Of a DNA stretch of 64,000 nt, positions 48,760 through 58,304 are shown piece by piece (the stretch's first letter is position 1; each line of letters starts with the position of its first letter). The notes under the pieces were generated by a model, which was not told the DNA's origin, did not search any database, and saw only the letters and a program-made list of their open reading frames with translations. The position numbers and the translations under genes were made by a program. This DNA comes from an uncultured Alphaproteobacteria bacterium (GTDB lineage Bacteria > Pseudomonadota > Alphaproteobacteria > HIMB59 > GCA-002718135), in assembly GCA_902627245.1 (NCBI GenBank), contig CACOIH010000004.1:8041-72040 (forward strand), read 5' to 3'.

Positions 48760-49759
48760 CTAAATTTGTAATATCCATTTTGTTCCATGAAAGTTGAATA
48801 TTATCTCCAATTTTAATATTTAGAGGATTTTTCATATCTAAATAATGTAAAGCTGTTAAATTTATATTCTCTGTTTGGCATAAAATTTTATAATAGGAGC
48901 CTTGAAATTGGATATCATTAATAGAAGCATTAATTGAAAAGTCATATTCAGCTATATTAGAATTAATATTTATATTTTCAGGCCTAATTGAAAATCCATA
49001 ATTATATTTTAGTGACTTTTTGGCAAAATCTTTTGGAATGATTGAAGTTGTTCCTATAAAATCTGCAACGAATGCTGTTTTAGGTTTAAGATAAATATTA
49101 TTTGGAGTATCTATTTGTTCGATCTTACCTTCATTGAAAATTGCAATTCTATCGCTCATACTTAGTGCTTCTTGCTGGTCATGTGTTACATAAATAAAGG
49201 TTATTTGAAATTGACGTTGTAAATTTTTAAGTTCAAATTGCATTTGTTCCCTAAGTTTTAAATCTAAGGCACCAAGTGGCTCATCCAAAAGTAATATTTT
49301 TGGTCTATTAATCAAAGATCTTGCAAGAGCTACTCTTTGCCTTTGACCTCCTGAAAGTTCACTTGGCTTTCTTTTTTCATAACCATTTAATTTTACAATT
49401 GATAATATTTCATCAACTTTACTTTTTTGTTCATTTTTTGGTATTTTTTTTATTTTAAGACTATAACTTACATTTTCTTCAACATTCATATGTGGGAAAA
49501 GTGCATAATCTTGAAAAACGGTATTTACATTTCTTTTAAAAGGAGGAGTGTAAGTTACATCTTCATTAAATAGTGTCACATCTCCAGTATCAGGCTCTTC
49601 AAAACCTCCAATTACTTTTAAACATGTTGTTTTTCCTGAACCAGATGGACCAAGTAAAGAAAAAAATTCTCCATCTTCAATATCTAAATTGATATCACTT
49701 AATGCAACTGTTTCATTATATCTTTTATTAATATTTCTTAAGTTTAAAGCTTTTATCAT
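48752..49759 (-). CDS. ydcT: Polyamine ABC transporter ATP-binding protein (YdcT/PotA-like)
   Basis: GPSGSGKT, VNTVFQDYALFPH, LSGGQRQR, DEPLGALD. Confidence 0.88.
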   Translation of the reverse strand: MIKALNLRNINKRYNETVALSDINLDIEDGEFFSLLGPSGSGKTTCLKVIGGFEEPDTGDVTLFNEDVTYTPPFKRNVNTVFQDYALFPHMNVEENVSYSLKIKKIPKNEQKSKVDEILSIVKLNGYEKRKPSELSGGQRQRVALARSLINRPKILLLDEPLGALDLKLREQMQFELKNLQRQFQITFIYVTHDQQEALSMSDRIAIFNEGKIEQIDTPNNIYLKPKTAFVADFIGTTSIIPKDFAKKSLKYNYGFSIRPENININSNIAEYDFSINASINDIQFQGSYYKILCQTENINLTALHYLDMKNPLNIKIGDNIQLSWNKMDITNLDD

Positions 49760-49768
49760 AAAATAAGA

Positions 49769-49795
49769 TTGGGGGGATAATTATTATCCCCCCAA
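49769..49795. terminator. Strong hairpin between SBP and ATPase genes
   Basis: Perfect 12-bp inverted repeat TTGGGGGGATAA-tta-TTATCCCCCCAA. Confidence 0.7.
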
Positions 49796-49811
49796 AAGTA
49801 AAATTATATTT

Positions 49812-50981
49812 TTATCTGCCACCTAATACAGCAATATAATCTGTAACCCATTTGTAGTAAGGTACACAACTTTCTTGTGTTTCGCACTTAGATACAGGAG
49901 TTTTCCAAAAATAAATTTTATCAAAATTATCAATACCATTTATTTGGCATGCATTTTGACCTTCTTGATAAATACCTGCAGCAGGATCCATTAAACCAGT
50001 TCCACATTTTGATGGTACTGAAGGTACTGCTCCAAACCATACGCCCAAATCACTTTGTAAGTTTGAGCTTAGTTGGTGTTCCATCCACATATATGCACAA
50101 TTTATATTTTCTGAATCAGAATGTACCATGGTAGTATCAGCCCATCCAGTTGCTCCTTCTTGTGGAATAGTACTCGCAATAGGTTGCTCAGCGCCAACTA
50201 GAAGATTAACTTGGAATGGCCAAGAAGCAGATAAAACAAATCCTTCATTTGTAAAATCATCAATTTGCATAAATGCATCATGCCAATATCTACCTACTAA
50301 TTCTCTTTGCTGTCTTAGTAAGTCAAGAGATGCTTGGTATTGATCATTAGTCAATTCATATGGATCTTTAATTCCTAGTTCAGGTTGATGATACATAAGA
50401 TACATAGCTGCATCAGCAATATGAATTGGTCCGTCAAATGCTTGAACTCTGCCTTTGTTTGATTTTCCATCAGACAAAGTTTTTTCTTCAAATACCACAT
50501 CCCAACTTGTAGGAGCTTCACTTACAGCATTTGTATTATACATTAATACGTTTGATCCCCACATGTATGGTGTTCCATAATGTTTTCCATCAACCGTATG
50601 CCATTCAGCATTTTGTAATCTTGGGTCAATTGTATCCCAACTAGGTATTAGATCGATATTGATTTCTTGAACAGTTCCACCTGCAATTAGTCTTAGACTA
50701 GCATCACCGGATGCAGTTACAATATCAAAACCACCTTCATTCATAAGTGCCACCATTTCATCTGATGTGCCAGCAGTTTTAATATTAACTTTACAACCAG
50801 TGTTATCTTCATATCCAGTAACCCAGTCGAAGGCCTCAACTGTTTCTCCTCTTTCTAAATATCCAGCCCAGGCAACTACATTTAATTCACCCTCACCACT
50901 TCCTAAAGATTGGAGTGGCGCTGCAAATAATGGCAATGATACAAAAGAAAAAAGGATTGCTATTATACTTACTTTTTTCAT
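49812..50981 (-). CDS. ydcS: Polyamine ABC substrate-binding protein (YdcS-like)
   Basis: Signal peptide, GEGELN..AWAGY.ERG, TSDEMV, SGDASLRL, EGATGWAD, FWKTP. Confidence 0.85.
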   Translation of the reverse strand: MKKVSIIAILFSFVSLPLFAAPLQSLGSGEGELNVVAWAGYLERGETVEAFDWVTGYEDNTGCKVNIKTAGTSDEMVALMNEGGFDIVTASGDASLRLIAGGTVQEINIDLIPSWDTIDPRLQNAEWHTVDGKHYGTPYMWGSNVLMYNTNAVSEAPTSWDVVFEEKTLSDGKSNKGRVQAFDGPIHIADAAMYLMYHQPELGIKDPYELTNDQYQASLDLLRQQRELVGRYWHDAFMQIDDFTNEGFVLSASWPFQVNLLVGAEQPIASTIPQEGATGWADTTMVHSDSENINCAYMWMEHQLSSNLQSDLGVWFGAVPSVPSKCGTGLMDPAAGIYQEGQNACQINGIDNFDKIYFWKTPVSKCETQESCVPYYKWVTDYIAVLGGR

Positions 50982-51081
50982 ATTTTCTCCCTATTGATTT
51001 ATGATGATATTTTAATAATATTTTAAGATAAATTACCAGATAATAATATTATATTAAGATAAATTTTATTAATTTTTAATA

Positions 51082-52245
51082 TTAATTTGAGAGTTTGCCT
51101 TTGTCGGTGTTGGTTCTCATTAAATATAATAATAGAATACCATTAATTGCCCAAATTATTGAAAGAATATACATATTAAAAGTTAAACCAAAATATTCCG
51201 CCATATATCCAACAATCACAGGTCCAAAAATAAAACCAGCAAAACCAAGTGTGGCTAAATTTGATACAGTAAGATTTATTGGCTCATTAGAACTTTTAAT
51301 AGCTTGTCTATATACAACTGCAACAAAGTTAGCAGTACCAAAACCAAATAAAATCATCCCAGGAATAATGAAATTAAGGTCCATCGTAAGAATTGACAGT
51401 CCTAAAACTATACAAGATAATAAACTAAAATATCCTCCAACTATTTCTTCATTAAATAAATGTATTAATTTACTAGCCAATAATCTTGCAAATATTTCTC
51501 CAAAATTAAAAAATAAAATAATCATCCCTCCTAAAAATAAAGGTGCCCCAAGATCTTTAGTAAGCCAGACAGGTGACCAATCTATAATAATTCCTAAAGT
51601 TGCAAAATTCATCATTAATAAGAAACCATAAATAAAAATATTTCCAGAAGGTAATTTAAATTTTGTATTATTTTGAATATGTTCCATTTCATTTCTCATT
51701 CCAAATACTAATATTACTGAAACATAAAGTAAAAAAATTGTTCCAATTAAAAAAAAAGTAATTCGTGGATCAGGAAAATTTTTAATAAAAAAAGCTGCAC
51801 ATAAAGCACCAAATAGTGATCCAGCACTAAAACATGCTTGAAATAAAGGAGTAACAATTTTTGATGTTTTTTCTTCAATTATTGAGATTTGTGTTTGCAT
51901 TGTTGGGAATAATAAACCAATCGCAATACCAAATGGTATCCAAGAAATTAAAAATGAACTGTAATTTGGAACACTTATTAGTAGAAGTGGACAAAATGCA
52001 AATATTATTATTCCTAAAATAATTGTATTTGTTGTTCCAATTTTAGGTACTATTAATCTACCGGAAATTTGATTAGAAAAGAAATTAAAAATACCAAAAA
52101 TAAATATTCCAAATCCTAGTTGAGATTCAGATATATTTAGTCTGTCCATGTTCCATGGAATATGTACAAAATATGTTCCAATTATAAACATCAATAAAAA
52201 TGCTACACCGAAACATGCATTTTTTTCTTTATTAAAACTTATCAT
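51082..52245 (-). CDS. MFS transporter
   Basis: About 12 TM, FSAGSL.G, DWS..WL, G...GP..VG. Confidence 0.85.
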   Translation of the reverse strand: MISFNKEKNACFGVAFLLMFIIGTYFVHIPWNMDRLNISESQLGFGIFIFGIFNFFSNQISGRLIVPKIGTTNTIILGIIIFAFCPLLLISVPNYSSFLISWIPFGIAIGLLFPTMQTQISIIEEKTSKIVTPLFQACFSAGSLFGALCAAFFIKNFPDPRITFFLIGTIFLLYVSVILVFGMRNEMEHIQNNTKFKLPSGNIFIYGFLLMMNFATLGIIIDWSPVWLTKDLGAPLFLGGMIILFFNFGEIFARLLASKLIHLFNEEIVGGYFSLLSCIVLGLSILTMDLNFIIPGMILFGFGTANFVAVVYRQAIKSSNEPINLTVSNLATLGFAGFIFGPVIVGYMAEYFGLTFNMYILSIIWAINGILLLYLMRTNTDKGKLSN

Positions 52246-52328
52246 TTTAGAATTTTTAAATTTAAAAATTTTTAGATTTTATAAATAAAATTCTATAGTA
52301 TATTGTGAAAAATTATAAAGTTTAAATT

Positions 52329-52925
52329 ATGAGTGAAATAGATTTTTGGTTTTCAATAGGCAGTACATATACATATCTTTCTGTAAATAGGATTGCTGAA
52401 GTAGCAAAAAAAGAAAATTTATCAATTAATTGGAAACCATTTAGTGTAAGAAAAATAATGATGGATATGGATAATATACCTTTTACACCTCCATCAAAAA
52501 AAGTTAAATCTGATTACATGTGGAGAGACATTGAAAGAAGGGCAAAGTTTTATGGTTTTGAAGCTAAAGTACCTGCGCCTTATCCTCTAAAGGAATTTGA
52601 TCTAGCTAATCAAATTGCGATTTTAGGTATTAACGAAGGTTGGGGAGTGGACTACGTTACCACTACCTATAAAAGATGGTTTCAGGAAGGTAAGGAACCT
52701 GCAACTGAACCAAATCTCTCTGAAATATTGACTAATCTTAATTTAAATAAAGATGAAATTTTAAAAAATGCAAATTCAGAAGAAATTAAAAGTCAATATT
52801 TGCAAAATACAGATAATGCATACAAACTAGGCGTTTTTGGAAGTCCTACTTTTATTTATAAAGGCGAGGTCTTTTGGGGTGATGATAGACTTGAAGATTG
52901 TATTAAATGGATTAATTTTCAATAG
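52329..52925 (+). CDS. DsbA-like 2-hydroxychromene-2-carboxylate isomerase / kappa-GST family
   Basis: IDFWFSIGSTYTYL, GVFGSPTF, FWGDDRL. Confidence 0.88.
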   Translation: MSEIDFWFSIGSTYTYLSVNRIAEVAKKENLSINWKPFSVRKIMMDMDNIPFTPPSKKVKSDYMWRDIERRAKFYGFEAKVPAPYPLKEFDLANQIAILGINEGWGVDYVTTTYKRWFQEGKEPATEPNLSEILTNLNLNKDEILKNANSEEIKSQYLQNTDNAYKLGVFGSPTFIYKGEVFWGDDRLEDCIKWINFQ

Positions 52926-52991
52926 TTATTGTTTCAATAAGTCTTTTGTTAGAATCTAAATAATTAAATAAATAGTATTTAGGAGAAATAT

Positions 52992-53354
52992 ATGAATCTT
53001 AGAACAATTTTTAAAGCACAAGCAATAATTCTTTTAATAAATGGATTAGGAAGCTTGTTCTTAACTTCAGTTTTTATTCAACAAGCTGGTTGGACACCAA
53101 CCGCTGATTTAATTACCATTGGTCAATTTCTTGGAGTGGTTTTCATAGTTAATGGTATTTGGAGTTGGAGATTTCCAGACATTGCCGCAGAAAATCTAAA
53201 GTCAATAGGGATGCTGTTCGCTCTTGGTGGTTTACTATTTACAATAATAATTTTATTTCACATTGTAACTGGTGCTGTGGCTGGTGCCACTGCTTATGTA
53301 AATATTATTTTAACCGCATTATTTGCAATAGGATTTTATATTTATAGTAAGTAA
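52992..53354 (+). CDS. Hypothetical membrane protein (4 TM)
   Basis: SD AGGAG, hydrophobic ORF, downstream hairpin. Confidence 0.8.
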   Translation: MNLRTIFKAQAIILLINGLGSLFLTSVFIQQAGWTPTADLITIGQFLGVVFIVNGIWSWRFPDIAAENLKSIGMLFALGGLLFTIIILFHIVTGAVAGATAYVNIILTALFAIGFYIYSK

Positions 53355-53360
53355 TTTATT

Positions 53361-53383
53361 TAGCGGGTTCAAATGGCCCGCTA
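53361..53383 (+). terminator. Probable terminator hairpin
   Basis: TAGCGGGTT-caaat-GGCCCGCTA (U-G pairs on +), followed by TTAT. Confidence 0.6.
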
Positions 53384-53429
53384 TTATAAAATGTATTGAA
53401 ACTCACATTTTTAATATTATTTATAAATT

Positions 53430-53549
53430 ATGAAATATTTTAATTTAATTTTCCCTAAAGGTCAGTGGTCAATAACAAGAATTGTAATCATCTTAATTTT
53501 GTTTGCTATTCTTGATTTGATTGTTATTTATTATAAGTATTACAACTAG
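53430..53549 (+). CDS. Small single-TM protein (39 aa), not in ORF track
   Basis: MKYFNLIFPKGQWSITRIVIILILFAILDLIVIYYKYYN. Its TAG overlaps the GTG start of the next gene (TAGTG). Confidence 0.5.
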   Translation: MKYFNLIFPKGQWSITRIVIILILFAILDLIVIYYKYYN

Positions 53550-55357
53550 TGCCCAGCGACCTTATTTTTTCTCTAAGAGAAGTAGAGATAAAATTCGGTA
53601 AAAAAGTCATTTTTCAAAACTTAGATCTAAATCTTCACAAAAAAGATATGATTGCCTTAGTTGGCAAAAACGGAGTAGGCAAAAGTACTCTAATGAAAAC
53701 TATCTGTGGTGAACAAGATGTAGATAATGGAATAATTTGGAATTTTCCCAACTTAAAAGTCAGTTATTTTAATCAAAAATTTGAAAATATTAATGACACC
53801 ACAATATTAGAAAGTCTCAAAGATTTATTAAATGAAAAAAATAAGCATTATGTTGATATTTTTTGTGAAAGATTAAATTTAAATAAACATTCAGATATTA
53901 ATAGTTTATCTGGTGGTCAGATAAGAAAAGTATACTTAATCAGATCTTTATTAAAGGAGTCTGATGTTCTTCTTCTAGACGAGCCAACAAATCACTTAGA
54001 TTTAGAATGTATCCAGTGGTTAGAAAATTATCTTAGAGATTTAAATAAAACAATCTTATGTGTGAGTCATGATAGAGCCTTTTTAAGTAATTTTACGAAT
54101 AAAGTATTTTGGTTAGATAGAGGAAGGTTGAGAGTAAGCCCAAATGGTTTCAAAAAATTTGATAAATGGTCTGAGGAGCTTTTAGATCAGGAATATCGAG
54201 AATTAAGAAACAGAAAACAATTTGTCAATATTGAACTAGAATGGGCAAACAAAGGAGTTAAAGCTAGAGTAAAGAGAAATGAAAAAAGATTAAGAAGGGC
54301 AAAAGAGTTAAAAACGCAATTAGAAAAAGATGAGGCATCATATAGAAGTGCAATCAAATCTTTAAAACCTCAAATTGCAAAAAAATCAGTCGATCAATCA
54401 AAATTTATTGCAGAATATATGAATGTTGATGTTAAATACCCAAATCAAAAATTTAAAGTATTTGAAAAACTTTCTATTAAAATAGCAAAAAATGATCGAA
54501 TAGGGTTACTTGGGAAAAATGGAACAGGAAAATCTACATTTCTAAAGACTCTATTAAACGAAGTTAAAATTACAGGGGGAAAATTAAAATTAAAAAAGAA
54601 TCTAGAATTTTCATATTTTGACCAAATGAGAAATGATTTAAATGGAAGAAAGTCAGTAAAAGATATTTTGGTTCCATCTGGTGGTGATTATTTAAAAGTT
54701 CAAGGTAGAGACAGGCATGTTTGCAGTTATGTGAAAGATTTTCAGTTTGACCCTAAAAATGTTAATCATACAATTCAAACACTATCAGGTGGTGAACAAA
54801 ATAGACTCCTTCTTGCTAAAGTATTAGCAAACCCTAAAACAGGTTTAATCTTAGATGAACCAACTAATGATCTTGATTTAGAAACATTAGATTTACTAAC
54901 AGAAATGCTATCAAATTATAAGGGTACATTATTAATAGTATCTCATGATAGAGATTTTTTAGATCAAACAGTTAATAAGATTCTTTATTTTGATACTGAT
55001 GGTAAAGTTTCATTGTTTTTAGGTGGATATAGTGATTTTTTAAAATCACAGACTAAAAAAAATATTAATAAAAATACAAAAAAAAATAAAAACTTGAATG
55101 ATAAGACAACTAAATCTTTAAAGTTATCATATAAATATAAATTCGAACTAGAAAATATTCCAAAAGAGATAAATTTAATTCAAGAAGAACTAAATACAAT
55201 GACTAATGAATTAAAAGAAACGAATATATACTTGCAAAACCATAATAGATATTTAGAAATAACAAAAAAAATGGAATTCCTTAATAAAGAACTAAAAATA
55301 AAAGAAGATAGATGGCTAGAGATTCTAGAAATTGAGGAAAAATTAAAAAATGAATGA
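53549..55357 (+). CDS. uup: ABC-F family ATPase (Uup-like)
   Basis: Two NBDs (GKNGVGKS, GKNGTGKS), DEPTN twice, G.KAR..RN linker, KLSYK C-terminal coiled-coil; no TM. Confidence 0.85.
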   Translation: MPSDLIFSLREVEIKFGKKVIFQNLDLNLHKKDMIALVGKNGVGKSTLMKTICGEQDVDNGIIWNFPNLKVSYFNQKFENINDTTILESLKDLLNEKNKHYVDIFCERLNLNKHSDINSLSGGQIRKVYLIRSLLKESDVLLLDEPTNHLDLECIQWLENYLRDLNKTILCVSHDRAFLSNFTNKVFWLDRGRLRVSPNGFKKFDKWSEELLDQEYRELRNRKQFVNIELEWANKGVKARVKRNEKRLRRAKELKTQLEKDEASYRSAIKSLKPQIAKKSVDQSKFIAEYMNVDVKYPNQKFKVFEKLSIKIAKNDRIGLLGKNGTGKSTFLKTLLNEVKITGGKLKLKKNLEFSYFDQMRNDLNGRKSVKDILVPSGGDYLKVQGRDRHVCSYVKDFQFDPKNVNHTIQTLSGGEQNRLLLAKVLANPKTGLILDEPTNDLDLETLDLLTEMLSNYKGTLLIVSHDRDFLDQTVNKILYFDTDGKVSLFLGGYSDFLKSQTKKNINKNTKKNKNLNDKTTKSLKLSYKYKFELENIPKEINLIQEELNTMTNELKETNIYLQNHNRYLEITKKMEFLNKELKIKEDRWLEILEIEEKLKNE

Positions 55358-55514
55358 TAAATTATTAAATTTTGTTGGTTGGATACTTTTTGTAATATCC
55401 TCACTCTGTTTTATTGTATCAAGTATTGGAGACTTCTGGGCTATGTGTGGGAGTATATTTTTTTTCTTAGCTTGTATTATATTTCTAATACCATATTTTA
55501 AAAAAAGAAATTAA
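55350..55514 (+). CDS. Small 2-TM membrane protein (54 aa), not in ORF track
   Basis: MNDKLLNFVGWILFVISSLCFIVSSIGDFWAMCGSIFFFLACIIFLIPYFKKRN. Overlaps both the uup stop and the convergent gene's stop. Confidence 0.65.
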   Translation: MNDKLLNFVGWILFVISSLCFIVSSIGDFWAMCGSIFFFLACIIFLIPYFKKRN

Positions 55515-56296
55515 TAAGAGCTTGAAGAAGATTTATCAGAGCTTTGACTTTTCATTTCATCAACTATTTTTTGAGAATTTGAGCTCATAACTCTAAAGTC
55601 TGATAAGATAGTTACAAATTTATATCCTAACCCAATCATTTCTTTCGCATAACTAGTAGTTCCATTATGAATTCCTGCTATTTTACCATACTCTTTTGCT
55701 TTTTGAGCGATAAGCTTAATATTAGAAAATACTGGATCTTCTCTTACGTCAAATTTTGGAGGTAAACCATATGAAGAGCTCATATCTGCTGGGCCGATAT
55801 AAACACCTGTTAAATTAGGCACTGACATAATTTCATCTAAATTTTCAACTGCTTGTTTTGTTTCAATCATCGCAAAACTCATTATATTTTCATTTGCTTT
55901 ATTGAAGTAATCTTGGCCATAAATTAATTGAGCTCTCATTGGGCCAAAACTTCTTTGACCAATTGGAGGGTAATAACAGTAAGATACAAACCTCTCACAG
56001 TCTTCTTTTGTATTAATCATTGGAGCAATGATGCCTATTACACCTAAATCAAGCATTTTCATTATGATGCCAGGCTCACTCCATGGAACTCTTACCATAG
56101 TTACTGAGTTGCTATTTGAAAGAGCTTGAAGCATTGAAATACTTGACTGATAATCATTTTGACCATGTTGCATATCTATAGTAACTGAGTCCCAGCCCAT
56201 TTTACCGAATGCTTCAGCAGTAAATGAATTTGGAATTGATAACCATGCATTTATAGCCGGCTTGTTCGACTTCCAAATTTCAAATAAATTATTCAT
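55511..56296 (-). CDS. HpcH/HpaI class II aldolase family
   Basis: IDMQHG, VRVPW, YPPIGQRSFGP, MIET, IGPADM. Confidence 0.9.
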   Translation of the reverse strand: MNNLFEIWKSNKPAINAWLSIPNSFTAEAFGKMGWDSVTIDMQHGQNDYQSSISMLQALSNSNSVTMVRVPWSEPGIIMKMLDLGVIGIIAPMINTKEDCERFVSYCYYPPIGQRSFGPMRAQLIYGQDYFNKANENIMSFAMIETKQAVENLDEIMSVPNLTGVYIGPADMSSSYGLPPKFDVREDPVFSNIKLIAQKAKEYGKIAGIHNGTTSYAKEMIGLGYKFVTILSDFRVMSSNSQKIVDEMKSQSSDKSSSSSY

Positions 56297-56395
56297 TATT
56301 TGATCTTTATACTTATGTTTAAAAATAATATACTAAAATTTAATAAATTTTTTTAATATATATAAGTGTTCAAAATCTATAATAAAATTTAACTA

Positions 56396-57202
56396 ATGAA
56401 TAATTTAAAAATTTCACAAATACAATTTGAGGCTAAACCTACACCTCAAGAAAATTGTAATCAATTGGAAAAATTATATAAAAAATCTTTAAAATTTAAA
56501 CCAGATCTAATCTGTACACCAGAATGTTCTAATATTATTACAAATGATAAACAGCATCTTTTAAAGTTTGCTAATTATCCGGAAGATTGTCCAGTATTAA
56601 AAATGAGTAAAAAATTTGCAAAAAAAAATAATGTTCATATTAACGTTGGTTCTTTATTATTAAAAATAAAAAAACAAAAGAGATTAGTTAATAGATCTTT
56701 TGTAATTAGTCAAAATGGAAAAGTAAAATCTTATTATGATAAAATACATATGTTTGATGTTGATATTAATAAAAATGAGACTCATAGAGAGTCTGATTCA
56801 TTTAAACCAGGTAACAAAATTAAAATTACTACAATAAAAAAAATAAAAGTTGGTCTCACAATTTGTTATGATCTTCGGTTCCCTCATTTGTACCGTAATT
56901 TAGCTAAGAAAGGAGCTGAAGTTATATTATTACCAGCGGCATTCACCGTACCTACAGGAAAAGATCATTGGGAGATATTAATAAGAGCTAGAGCTATAGA
57001 AAATAATGTATTTTTAATTGCAACAAATATGTGTGGAAATCATCATACTAATAGAAAAACATATGGACACTCAGCATTAGTTAATCCATGGGGAAAATTA
57101 ATTAAAAAAGCTTTTAAAAAACAAGCAATACTAAATTCAAAAATTGAAATTAATGAAGTAAAGAATACTAGAAAAAGAATTCCATCACTTAAATATGGAT
57201 AA
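56396..57202 (+). CDS. Carbon-nitrogen hydrolase (Nit1-like amidase)
   Basis: PE, YDKIHMFDV, ICYDLRFP, PAAFT..TG..HW, RARAIEN. Confidence 0.9.
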   Translation: MNNLKISQIQFEAKPTPQENCNQLEKLYKKSLKFKPDLICTPECSNIITNDKQHLLKFANYPEDCPVLKMSKKFAKKNNVHINVGSLLLKIKKQKRLVNRSFVISQNGKVKSYYDKIHMFDVDINKNETHRESDSFKPGNKIKITTIKKIKVGLTICYDLRFPHLYRNLAKKGAEVILLPAAFTVPTGKDHWEILIRARAIENNVFLIATNMCGNHHTNRKTYGHSALVNPWGKLIKKAFKKQAILNSKIEINEVKNTRKRIPSLKYG

Positions 57203-57821
57203 ATCAATTTCTTTGGTCGGTGGGATAGGTGGTATTAAAACTACTGAGAGGTATTATGACAATTGGTCAAAAAAATATGACTCAACTTTAAACACATGGA
57301 ATTATACAGTTCCAAAAAAAAGCATTAATTTACTCAAAAAAAAATTAATTCGTAAGCCAAATAAAATTCTTGATTTAGCTTGTGGAACTGGCTTATTTGG
57401 AGAACAATTAATAAAAAACTTTAAGAATATTCAAATAACTGGATCAGATATTTCAGAAAAAAGTTTAATAATCGCCAAAGAAAAAAAAATTTATAAGAAA
57501 TTATATAAAATAGATTTTGAAAAGAAGAAAAATTTTACAACAAAATTTGAACTTGTTTCCATGATTGGAGCAATGACATACTGTAAGAATTTTAAAAAAC
57601 TTTTTTCAAATATTGATTATTATCTTTTAAAAAATGGTATTTTTATATTTTCTCACAGAATAGATTTATGGGAAAAACAAAATTTTGATAATGTTTTAAG
57701 AAATATTGAAAAAAAATTTAAGATTTTTTTTATATCTAGGCCTCATAATTACTTGCCACTTAATCAAGACTTTGGAAATAAGATTAAAATCAGAATAGTT
57801 TTATTAAAAAAAATAAAATAA
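57195..57821 (+). CDS. Class I SAM-dependent methyltransferase
   Basis: YDNWSKKYD, ILDLACGTG, GSDIS. Confidence 0.85.
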   Translation: MDKSISLVGGIGGIKTTERYYDNWSKKYDSTLNTWNYTVPKKSINLLKKKLIRKPNKILDLACGTGLFGEQLIKNFKNIQITGSDISEKSLIIAKEKKIYKKLYKIDFEKKKNFTTKFELVSMIGAMTYCKNFKKLFSNIDYYLLKNGIFIFSHRIDLWEKQNFDNVLRNIEKKFKIFFISRPHNYLPLNQDFGNKIKIRIVLLKKIK

Positions 57822-57833
57822 TTTAATAAATGA

Positions 57834-58229
57834 TTAATTTTTTTTTATTGAATTAAATTTTTCCATTTTTTTTAATGTTTTATCACTAACATGATGTTCA
57901 ATACCTTCTGCATCAGCTGAAGCTGTTTTTTTATCAATTCCAAGATTTATTAAAAATTTAAGTACTGTGTTATGTCTCTTTTTTGATATACTTGCAATTT
58001 TTTGCCCTTTAACTGTGAGAAAAATTGATCTGTAAGGTTCCCTTTTGATAAACCCCTGATTTTGTAATCTTTGAATTGTTTTGTTAGCTGTTGCTTGAGC
58101 AATTCCTAGTTGATTTGCTATATCTACAATTCTTGCCTCACCTTTCAAATTTAAGAGCTCTGCTATTAATTCAAGATAATCTTCAGTATTTTCATTTTTA
58201 TGAGCATTTCTGACATTTTTGAAAGACAT
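57834..58229 (-). CDS. mntR: Manganese-dependent DtxR-family regulator
   Basis: EDYLELI, GEAR.VDIA, PYRSIFLT, DAEGIEHHVS. Start moved to ATG 58229. Confidence 0.88.
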   Translation of the reverse strand: MSFKNVRNAHKNENTEDYLELIAELLNLKGEARIVDIANQLGIAQATANKTIQRLQNQGFIKREPYRSIFLTVKGQKIASISKKRHNTVLKFLINLGIDKKTASADAEGIEHHVSDKTLKKMEKFNSIKKN

Positions 58230-58265
58230 GAAACAAAATAACACAAAATGAAAAAAATTGATAGA

Positions 58266-58285
58266 AATATAGCCATAGCTATATT
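58266..58285. promoter_or_regulatory. Putative MntR operator
   Basis: AATATAGC-cata-GCTATATT inverted repeat between mntR and the divergent transporter; same ATAGC-N4-GCTAT core as the enterobacterial MntR box. Confidence 0.72.
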
Positions 58286-58304
58286 ATTTAGCTATATATA
58301 TATT

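Noticed and set aside
52245-52329. AT-only palindromes such as ATTTTTAAATTTAAAAAT between divergent genes
   Set aside because: Expected by chance in nearly pure A/T intergenic DNA; no second copy seen.
58248-58304. Longest-ORF starts from the track (58248; also 7308, 21151, 31771, 34148, 37061, 44008, 47876, 58244)
   Set aside because: Downstream starts fit family N-termini, SD position, paralog length or operator location better.
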